DNA of 64,000 nucleotides, taken from Thermodesulfobacteriota bacterium. GTDB lineage: Bacteria; Desulfobacterota; Desulfobulbia; Desulfobulbales; SURF-16. The position numbers were made by a program, and so were the translations under genes. Within the stretch, counting starts at the first letter, position 1. Each line of letters starts with the position of its first letter. The notes under the pieces were generated by a model, which was not told the origin of the DNA, searched no databases, and saw only the letters and a list, made by a program, of their open reading frames with translations. The stretch is taken from contig JBDLJA010000001.1 in the NCBI GenBank assembly GCA_039714595.1, positions 20,459-84,458 of the forward strand, in the 5' to 3' direction. Shown piece after piece: positions 30,251 through 37,391 of this stretch.

Positions 30251-30481
30251 GGATTCTCCAAGATTAGCTAAAAAGACCCTAGGCACCGCTCTAAGATTAT
30301 AATCAGACTGTGGCTAACTATTATAGATGACCTAAATAAAGCGTGCATTAAAATTTCAAGGGGGAGTTAATATTGACTTATTAATAAATTATGCTTAACT
30401 TTAGAGATTCATAAAATTGAAAACCCAATTTACCGGTCCAGCACTGCGACCAGTAACCGTACAATAACAGGAGGATTTTTC

Positions 30482-30811
30482 ATGTTAGAAGTTACATCTC
30501 TCGCAATCGAGAACCTTAAAAGCTATCTGGAGCAGAATAATATCAATTCTGCCATCCGCATCGCTCTGATGCAGGGCGGCTGAGCTGGCCCCTCCCTGGG
30601 CTTGGCTCTGGATGAGTCAAAAGATAATGATGAGATAGCAGAACACGATGACCTTACCTTTCTGGTTGAGAAAAGTCTCATGACCAGCTGTGGTGACATA
30701 AAGGTCGATTTCATGGATGCCGGGCCGCGCTCAGGCTTTGCCATCTCGTCCACAAATCCGTTAGGCGGTGGTGCATCTGGCTGTGGCAGCTGTGGCAGCT
30801 CCTGCGGCTAA
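30482..30811 (+). CDS. HesB/IscA-like selenoprotein (in-frame UGA at 30581-30583 read as Sec)
   Basis: AGGAGG (30469-30474) sits 7 nt before ATG 30482. 33 codons (MLEVTSLAIENLKSYLEQNNINSAIRIALMQGG) run into TGA, and the same frame continues as AGPSLGLALDE...IKVDFMDAGPRSGFAISS...GCGSCGSSCG. GG-U-AG aligns with the conserved GGC(A/S)G Cys of HesB/IscA. A stable hairpin begins at the UGA. Confidence 0.8.
30582..30608 (+). promoter_or_regulatory. SECIS-like stem-loop for the HesB-like gene
   Basis: GAGCUGGCCC-CUCCCU-GGGCU(U)GGCUC: a 10-bp stem with one bulged U, starting at the GA of the UGA codon. Confidence 0.55.
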
Positions 30812-30830
30812 CCCCCCTTAACTCGCGATA

Positions 30831-30875
30831 AAAAAATCCCGTTTCAGCCTGGCCTGAAACGGGATTTTTTATTTT
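30831..30875. terminator. Bidirectional rho-independent terminator shared by the convergent genes on either side
   Basis: Perfect 13-bp stem AATCCCGTTTCAG (30835-30847) / CTGAAACGGGATT (30854-30866), with an A-run upstream and a T-run downstream. Confidence 0.85.
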
Positions 30876-31086
30876 AAGATCCGCAGCTGGCCATAACCTC
30901 TTCCTGCCACTGCTCAATCTGCTCCTCATAGAACCTGGCGTCACTTTCCATCCCGCACTCCAGGCAGGACACGCGGGCGAAAGCTCAACGCCCCTTAAGG
31001 ACAGCCCTGCCCCGGCAATAGATACAACGCAAGACCAACTCCAACTCCGCCCAACCCGCCGCCTCTCTGGTGCAATCCTGTGCCAT
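30874..31086 (-). CDS. Candidate small Zn-ribbon (CxxC...CxxC) protein with an in-frame UGA (possible novel selenoprotein)
   Basis: My translation from ATG comp(31084-31086), preceded by AAGGGGTGG: MAQDCTREAAGWAELELVLRCIYCRGRAVLKGR-UGA-AFARVSCLECGMESDARFYEEQIEQWQEEVMASCGS-TAA. The stop abuts the bidirectional terminator, and a 40-nt hairpin follows the UGA. Not in the ORF track. Confidence 0.35.
30944..30983 (-). promoter_or_regulatory. 40-nt stem-loop immediately 3' of the UGA in the Zn-ribbon ORF (SECIS-like)
   Basis: CUUUC-G-CCCGC-[GU(G)UCC-UGCCU-GGAGU]-GCGGG-AUG-GAAAG, starting 1 nt after the UGA. Confidence 0.4.
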
Positions 31087-31610
31087 TATTACCACCCCTT
31101 ATTTTAAACGAGACAACTTCCCCGGCCCTCCCTCACCCCTTGCCCATCTCTTTTGCTAACACAGACCGGAATTTCTGGCAGCAGAGAAGAGAGTAAATCA
31201 AGAAAAAGTTAGACAAAAGCCACCTTGTCTGGTGATTAAAATGAATAGCCATTCACAAAGACAAAATAGACTTGACAGCGACCTAATAGTATGATTTTCT
31301 GCTGCACGCAAGAGGTCCATAAGCGTTCATTAAATTGTTGAAATTGTAATTTTGCCAAAAGCTTACAAACTACACTTCAACAGAGTATTGGACCCCTTAA
31401 CTTTTGACTTATATGTAAAGCGGGCAACGAGACAGAGCGTAGCCTCCCCCCTAAACCAGGGGAGATATATCTGTCCAGTCCTTACATAACTTATTGCAGT
31501 TGTTAATTATTATTGCCATCGTGGCAGGCTGCCTTAATAAAGACCATGCACCAAAGGCAACACCAAGGTCTAACGGCTGGCTACCTGGCACCACTGAAGG
31601 GAGAGATATA

Positions 31611-32369
31611 ATGAAAGTTGATGATCTGGAAAAGCTCAAGAACGAAGGTGTAGAGAATCTTCCTTCTGAGGAACGGCGCCGCTTCCTGCAATTTGGCCTA
31701 ACCGTAACCGGCGTCTTCCTGGGCGGTTCCGTCCTGTCGCTGACCTCCGCAGGCAATGTTCAAGGCGCTGTGGGCGGCATGAAACCGGCCAGCAAGTTTC
31801 CTTACAACCCGCATTACACCATGGTTATCCGCCAGAACCACTGTGTGGATTGTGAGCTCTGCAAAGACGCCTGTGTCGCCACCAATCATGTTCCTTCCTA
31901 CGGCTACCGGACCACCATCCTGGAGCGGGAGCGGGCCATCGGCCCCGACGCTACCGAGCGCATCTTCATGCCAGTCCTCTGCAATCACTGTAACCGTCCT
32001 CCCTGTGTTCGGGTCTGCCCCACCACGGCGACCTTTAAGGACAAGAAGACCGGCATCGTTATGATGAACACCAAGCGCTGCATCGGTTGCAAAACCTGTA
32101 TGGCAGCCTGCCCTTACAATGCCCGTTATTTTGATGAAGACAAGCGGACCATCGACAAGTGTAACTTCTGCGTCGACACCAAATTAAAAGAGAGCGGCGG
32201 CAAGATCACCGCCTGTGCTGAGGCGTGCCCGGCCAATGTCCGTATCTTTGGCGACCTTGCCGATCCCAGCAGCGAGGCCTATAAACTGATCCATTCACCC
32301 GAGAAGGTGGTATGGGTACTGCGTCCGGAGACAGGCGCCCTGCCCAACGTCTTCTACATGAATGACTAA
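31611..32369 (+). CDS. Tat-exported 4x[4Fe-4S] ferredoxin-type subunit (NrfC/PsrB/DsrO/HybA family)
   Basis: Start at MKVDDLE (ATG 31611, GAAGGGAGAG SD). Twin-arginine signal SEERRRFLQFGL. Four Cys clusters (CVDCELCKDAC, CNHCNRPPC, CIGCKTCMAACP, CNFC...CAEACP). Confidence 0.85.
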   Translation: MKVDDLEKLKNEGVENLPSEERRRFLQFGLTVTGVFLGGSVLSLTSAGNVQGAVGGMKPASKFPYNPHYTMVIRQNHCVDCELCKDACVATNHVPSYGYRTTILERERAIGPDATERIFMPVLCNHCNRPPCVRVCPTTATFKDKKTGIVMMNTKRCIGCKTCMAACPYNARYFDEDKRTIDKCNFCVDTKLKESGGKITACAEACPANVRIFGDLADPSSEAYKLIHSPEKVVWVLRPETGALPNVFYMND

Positions 32370-32485
32370 GGATAGATTTCTACCTCGCCCGCAGTTAAGG
32401 GAAAGAAAAAATATTGTCTGGATATCTCCCCTGCCCTACCAGGGTCAGGGGAGATAACAGAACAGTAGGTTTGGAGAGAAAAACA

Positions 32486-33178
32486 ATGAAAGATAAGAAG
32501 ATGAAAAACATTCTGCTTGGCGCCCTTGGCACCATATTCTGCCTGGGTTGCGTCACCGCCAGCCTTGCTTCAGCTCCTAAGAAGGGTGGGGAGACGGTAA
32601 TCCATAGCCATGGCGACACCCAGATCATCGCCGAAAAGCCCACTCGCGAGATGTTCAGCCACGCCCTCCACTTTGGCCAACTGGATTTAAGCTGTGACTC
32701 CTGTCACCCCGACACCTTCCAAAAGAAGCGTGGCGCGGCTAAGGCCAAGGGCGACTACACCATGAAGGCGTTTGCCGAGGGTAAGTATTGCGGGACCTGC
32801 CACGATGGCGACACCGCCTTCAGCGCCAACTCCCAGTGCTCCAGCTGTCATATCGCCCCCGAAAAAGAGAACATGTACTTCAACAAACCGGCCAAGACGG
32901 TTGAGTTTGGCCACAAGGCCCATATTGACATGGGCCTGGAGTGCGAACAGTGTCACAACGAAAAGGGTTTTGAGATGCGTTCCGGCGCAGCCGAAGAGCA
33001 TCCTGAATCCTTCACCATGCAGGCCCTCTATGACGGCAAATATTGCGGCTCCTGCCACAATGGCGATGACGCCTTTGCCTCCAACACCCGCTGTACCGTC
33101 TGTCACATCGGGGTTAAGGGCTTTGACCGCCTGAACGGTGGCGACTCTGGCGCTGCCGGCCACGGTGGTGGCCACTAA
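32486..33178 (+). CDS. Periplasmic hexahaem c-type cytochrome built from two c7-type trihaem modules
   Basis: Start at MKDKKMKNILL (ATG 32486, GGAGAG SD) with a signal peptide. Six CxxCH motifs: CDSCH, CGTCH, CSSCH, CEQCH, CGSCH, CTVCH. The pattern GKYCG(T/S)CH(D/N)GD.AF..N..C..CHI occurs twice. Confidence 0.85.
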   Translation: MKDKKMKNILLGALGTIFCLGCVTASLASAPKKGGETVIHSHGDTQIIAEKPTREMFSHALHFGQLDLSCDSCHPDTFQKKRGAAKAKGDYTMKAFAEGKYCGTCHDGDTAFSANSQCSSCHIAPEKENMYFNKPAKTVEFGHKAHIDMGLECEQCHNEKGFEMRSGAAEEHPESFTMQALYDGKYCGSCHNGDDAFASNTRCTVCHIGVKGFDRLNGGDSGAAGHGGGH

Positions 33179-33229
33179 GATAAAGTCAACTTAAGGGGCA
33201 GATCAGCCCCACTAGCCAAGACTTTTATG

Positions 33230-33288
33230 AAAAAGACCGTCTCCCCCGCCTTTAAGGCGATCAAGGGGTAGGCGGTCTTTTTATTTTC
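33230..33288 (+). terminator. Rho-independent terminator after the cytochrome gene
   Basis: AAAAAGACCGTCTCCCC (33230-33246) pairs with GGGGTAGGCGGTCTTTTT (33265-33282) with two mismatches, followed by TTTTTATTTT. Confidence 0.65.
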
Positions 33289-33592
33289 AGCCCCCACACT
33301 TGCAAATCATCCCTTCATATCTTCTGCCCCCCAACCGCCCCTGGCCCCTCTGGCCCGCAATCACCCCTTTTAGCCAATAACCGCCGCAATCTCCACCTGC
33401 TCCATCAATATCCAGTCTACGCTGTTCGGCCACTTTTGCGCCCGCCTGCCGCAGCCAAAGACGCAAAACACTCCCAGCCCCTGCAAATTACCTGCCCCCC
33501 GCCACTGTCAAACAACTGTGGCAAAGACAATGAACAACGTATTCCGGGCCAGTTAGCCCACAAGTATATTTTTTCAACCGACCTCCTTCTTG

Positions 33593-33609
33593 TGGCACAC
33601 CAGTTGCAT
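33593..33609 (+). promoter_or_regulatory. Sigma-54 (-24/-12) promoter for the nrfD-like gene
   Basis: TGGCAC-ACCAG-TTGCAT matches the TGGCAC-N5-TTGCW consensus exactly, with correct GG-N10-GC spacing. It lies about 110 nt upstream of ATG 33719. Confidence 0.7.
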
Positions 33610-33718
33610 TGCTAGCTGGCATTAATTGCTAACCCAAGTAATTGTCACTGGTCCCAGGGCGACAACTCCCCTTTTGCCGGTGACCACTTTAATTCCCTTA
33701 TTTGAGGAGGAGTAGAAA

Positions 33719-34906
33719 ATGGCTGATGGATTCTCTTTGGCTGCCACAGCGGAACCAACAGTGGCAACCCCAAAGCTCAACACCTACACGGGCGTCTTTG
33801 CCCTGATCGCCCTGATCGGCGTCACTGCCGGTCTCTATGGCTTTTTCGCCGGGCATCATCATATCTATAACAACACTCGGGAGATGCCCTGGGGTATTCT
33901 CATCTCAACCTACGCCTTCCTGGCCATTACCTCCACCGGCCTCTGTGTCCTGGCTGCCATCAGTCACATCTATGGCGGCACCAAGCTGGCGCCTCTGGCC
34001 AATCGCATGGTATGGCTGTCGCTGATCACCATTATCGGCGGTTTTACCCTCATCGGCCTGGAGCTTGAAAACCCCTGGCGCATGGCGATCTACAACATCC
34101 TCACCCCCAACCTTACCTCCAACATCTGGTGGATGGGTACCCTGTACGGCCTGGCCGTGGGTATGATGTTTGTCGAGTTCTACCTGATCCTGACCAAGCA
34201 GTATAAATGGGCCGTGGTCCTGGGTGTCATCGGCGCCCTGGCCGAGATGGCAGCCAATACCAACCTGGGTTCCGTATTCGCCTCCCTGGCTGGCCATCCC
34301 TTCTGGTTCGGCGCTCAAATCCCCATCTACTTCCTCGGTTGCGCCTTCCTCTCTGGCGCTGCTGCCACCATCCTCTTCACCTTCCTGGCCATGAAAATGC
34401 GGGATAGGGAGATCGATAGTGACACCATGGCCGCCTTCCAGACCGGTGGCAAGGTAATGGCCCTGGCCCTGCTCCTCATCGGCATCTCCACTGCCTGGCG
34501 CTACATCAACCTGATGAGTGGCGGCGCGGAACAGGCCCGTCTTGGTGCCCTGGCCATCCTGAACGGTCCCCTCTCCTTCAACTTCTGGGTATTTGAGATT
34601 GCCATCGGCATGATCTTCCCCTTAGGCCTGCTGGTTGTGACCAAGTTCAAGAGCGCTCCGGCCCTGGCCTTCTCCGCCTTTATGATCCTGGTGGGAATGT
34701 TTATCTCCCGCTACGACATGGTTGTAGCCGGGCAACTGCCGCCGGTCTATGGCGGCCTGGACAGCCACCTGCCCGCCCTCTTCACCTACGTCCCTTCTCT
34801 CTTTGAGATCCTGGTAACCGCAGGCGGATTCGGCATAATTGGTGCCGCCTTCCTGCTGGGTGAGCGTCTGTTTGGTCGCGCCTTTGACGACCACGGAGCC
34901 CACTGA
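33719..34906 (+). CDS. NrfD/PsrC-family integral membrane quinone-interacting subunit
   Basis: 395-aa polytopic ORF. The N-terminal REMPWGILISTYAFLAITSTG motif is typical of NrfD-like proteins. GAGGAGGAG SD. Confidence 0.8.
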   Translation: MADGFSLAATAEPTVATPKLNTYTGVFALIALIGVTAGLYGFFAGHHHIYNNTREMPWGILISTYAFLAITSTGLCVLAAISHIYGGTKLAPLANRMVWLSLITIIGGFTLIGLELENPWRMAIYNILTPNLTSNIWWMGTLYGLAVGMMFVEFYLILTKQYKWAVVLGVIGALAEMAANTNLGSVFASLAGHPFWFGAQIPIYFLGCAFLSGAAATILFTFLAMKMRDREIDSDTMAAFQTGGKVMALALLLIGISTAWRYINLMSGGAEQARLGALAILNGPLSFNFWVFEIAIGMIFPLGLLVVTKFKSAPALAFSAFMILVGMFISRYDMVVAGQLPPVYGGLDSHLPALFTYVPSLFEILVTAGGFGIIGAAFLLGERLFGRAFDDHGAH

Positions 34907-34928
34907 GCCAAGTGCGCCTTAGGCCATG

Positions 34929-34994
34929 GTCCCGGGGATAAGCCCGGGACCCGAAGCGATCAGGCCCCGCCTCTTAGCGGGAACTGATCGCTTC
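34929..34994. repeat. Two adjacent perfect GC-rich hairpins between nrfD-like and merR-like genes
   Basis: GGTCCCGGG/CCCGGGACC (34929-34952, 9 bp) and GAAGCGATCAG/CTGATCGCTTC (34954-34994, 11 bp, with an inner CCCGC/GCGGG stem). No U-run follows. Confidence 0.6.
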
Positions 34995-35045
34995 TCCCCT
35001 GTCACCTGATATTTGCCCCGGCTTGGGGCAGAGGAATCAAGCAAG

Positions 35046-35414
35046 ATGCTGCCAGACGACAAACCGGTCTTCACCATAGGCGTTGCCGCCAAGATGCTCG
35101 AGGTTCATCCCCGCACCCTGCGGATCTATGAGAAAGAGGGGCTGATTAAGCCCTTCCGTAAGGGGAAATGGCGCTACTTCACCATGGATGACATCAAATG
35201 GGTGGAGTGCTTACGCTCCATGATCCACGACAAGGGCATCTCCATTGCCGCGATCAAAAAACTGCTGCAATATACGCCGTGCTGGAACATAACGGATTGC
35301 GCCTTTGATAAACGCAAGCAGTGTACGGCCTTCATGGCCAATGGCATGGTACCGCGCAAGATAGAGGTGAGCCAGCCGGACAAAAAGATCGCCAACCTCC
35401 ACGATCACCGCTAG
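35046..35414 (+). CDS. MerR-family transcriptional regulator with a C-terminal Cys cluster
   Basis: Start at MLPDDKPVFTIG (ATG 35046, GAGGAA SD). HTH FTIGVAAKMLEVHPRTLRIYEKEGLI. C-terminal CWNITDCAFDKRKQC. Confidence 0.8.
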   Translation: MLPDDKPVFTIGVAAKMLEVHPRTLRIYEKEGLIKPFRKGKWRYFTMDDIKWVECLRSMIHDKGISIAAIKKLLQYTPCWNITDCAFDKRKQCTAFMANGMVPRKIEVSQPDKKIANLHDHR

Positions 35415-35533
35415 AATCCTAACTGGAAAATCAGGGCTGTAGGGTTTAACGATCTAACCTTGCCCCTCTTGTTGCCAGGCCGTTAAAGATTTGACCCTAA
35501 GAGCAATAAAGAGCCAGGTCACAAAGAAAAAAA

Positions 35534-35848
35534 TCAATCCTTCTTATCTTCTTGCATGCGCGTCATATACTCCTCCCACTCATAGGGGAGAAGGTTCTTC
35601 TTCTTACTGTTACACTCCTTACAGGCACAGACTAGATTACCCTTACTGCTGGTTCCCCCCCGGGCCAGGGGCTGCAGGTGGTCCATGGTCAGCTGGGCCG
35701 GCTTGAAATGGCCCTGGCAGTAATAACAGGTACAGGCCGCAAGCTTATTCTGCCACCAGCGGCTCTTCCTGAGATCCCTCGCCTTTTGCCGCTCCCTCCG
35801 GATTACCGCCTCATCAACCCCATCAAAGAAATAGTCGTCTCTAGCCAT
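35534..35848 (-). CDS. Small HNH endonuclease-family protein
   Basis: 104-aa ORF. CYYCQGHFKPAQLTMDHLQPLARGGTSSKGNLVCACKECNSKK (HNH with two CxxC pairs). Confidence 0.8.
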   Translation of the reverse strand: MARDDYFFDGVDEAVIRRERQKARDLRKSRWWQNKLAACTCYYCQGHFKPAQLTMDHLQPLARGGTSSKGNLVCACKECNSKKKNLLPYEWEEYMTRMQEDKKD

Positions 35849-35853
35849 ACTCT

Positions 35854-37170
35854 TTAGCCCACCAGCTCGCCGCAGAGCTCAAGCCTTGCCGCGCCTACCA
35901 GATAGAGGGATCCTGCCACCAGGATAAGGTCATCTGGCCCGGCCAGTTCCCGGGCCTGGGCCAGGGCAGCAGGCACATCGCCCACCAGACGACTCCGACC
36001 CTTATAGTCAGGCGGCAGGGCCGCGGCTAGCTCACCAGGCGTGGCGGATCTCTCACTCTCCGGTCGGGTGAATATCATCTCAGCGCAGAAGGGGGCAATG
36101 GTCGCCAGGTTACTGGCAATATCCTTGTCCGCCATGGCCGCCCAGACACAGATCAGGCGCTGGTACGAAAAATCACTCGCCAGGGAGGCGACCAACGAGG
36201 CCATGCCGGCCGGGTTATGGGCCCCATCCAGGAGATACTGGTAACGGCTGCCCGCCCCAGTGGCACCAAGGAGACGCCCCGCCGCGTCTTGGCGCAGGTA
36301 CTCAAGCCGTCCCGGCCAGTTAACTTCAGCCAACCCCTGGCGGATCTGCTCATCGCTGACCGTGAGCCCGTGGGGCGCCAAACAGTCCAGGACGGCCAGG
36401 GCCAGGGAGCTGTTGTCCCGCTGATAGTTGCCGCGCATCCCGCAGTGAAGATCCCCAAGACTACGTCTACGTCCCTCATAGCGCCACCCGTCATCCTCTC
36501 CCTGCCAGGAGAAATCACGGCCCAAGAGGTAAAGGGGGGCGGCCAGCTCCTCACAGCGCTCCATCACCACCGGGCCACTATCGTCTTGCCGGCTCACGCC
36601 GCTCACCAGCGGCACCCCTGCCTTGATGATGCCCGCCTTCTCCCCGGCCACCTCGGCCAGGGTATCGCCCAGATACGCCTCATGGTCCATGGAGACATTG
36701 GTAATGACCCCCACCAGGGGGGTGACGACATTGGTGGCGTCCAGCCGCCCCCCCATGCCCACCTCGAGGATGACCAGATCCACTTTCTTAGCGGCAAACC
36801 AGAGCAGGCCTAAAGCGGTGGTGAACTCAAAATAGGTGATCTGCTCCTCGCCCAGGGCCGCGCAGATCTCAGCACCATGGCGGGCGAAATCCTCCTCAGA
36901 GATAAAGGTGTCGTTTACGCGGAAACGCTCCCGCACGCAGCTTAAGTGGGGCGAGGTAAAGAGACCCACCCGGTAACCGGCCCGGCCCAGGATGGTCAGC
37001 AGGTTCATGGCCACCGAGCCCTTACCGTTGGTGCCGGCCACATGGACAAAGGAGAGCTGCTCCTGGGGGTTGCCCACCTGATCGAGGAAGGCGGTCATGG
37101 AGTCCAGCCCCAGCTTGATCTTAAAGAACTGCAGATCGTCCAGGTATTGCCACACCTCTTGATAGTTCAT
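35854..37170 (-). CDS. folC: Bifunctional folylpolyglutamate synthase / dihydrofolate synthase
   Basis: 438-aa ORF. Mur-ligase P-loop VHVAGTNGKGS, followed by ILEVGMGGRLDATNV. Confidence 0.9.
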   Translation of the reverse strand: MNYQEVWQYLDDLQFFKIKLGLDSMTAFLDQVGNPQEQLSFVHVAGTNGKGSVAMNLLTILGRAGYRVGLFTSPHLSCVRERFRVNDTFISEEDFARHGAEICAALGEEQITYFEFTTALGLLWFAAKKVDLVILEVGMGGRLDATNVVTPLVGVITNVSMDHEAYLGDTLAEVAGEKAGIIKAGVPLVSGVSRQDDSGPVVMERCEELAAPLYLLGRDFSWQGEDDGWRYEGRRRSLGDLHCGMRGNYQRDNSSLALAVLDCLAPHGLTVSDEQIRQGLAEVNWPGRLEYLRQDAAGRLLGATGAGSRYQYLLDGAHNPAGMASLVASLASDFSYQRLICVWAAMADKDIASNLATIAPFCAEMIFTRPESERSATPGELAAALPPDYKGRSRLVGDVPAALAQARELAGPDDLILVAGSLYLVGAARLELCGELVG

Positions 37171-37391
37171 TTCTTTTTTACTTTAGATCTCGTCCGCCCT
37201 CCCCATCTGGGGAGATGGCAAACTTTAAATTTCTTTTTTTTAGGCGAAGACCTTCCGGCCGAAAGCAAGGCGAAGTCCGGTGAGACAAGCTTTTTCCGAC
37301 AACCGTTAAGGGAAAACTTTTAGCAGGGACATTGATGAGACCCGACCAAGACCGGACAACAGTGGCTGAAGCAAAGGATCAGCCAAAAAAA

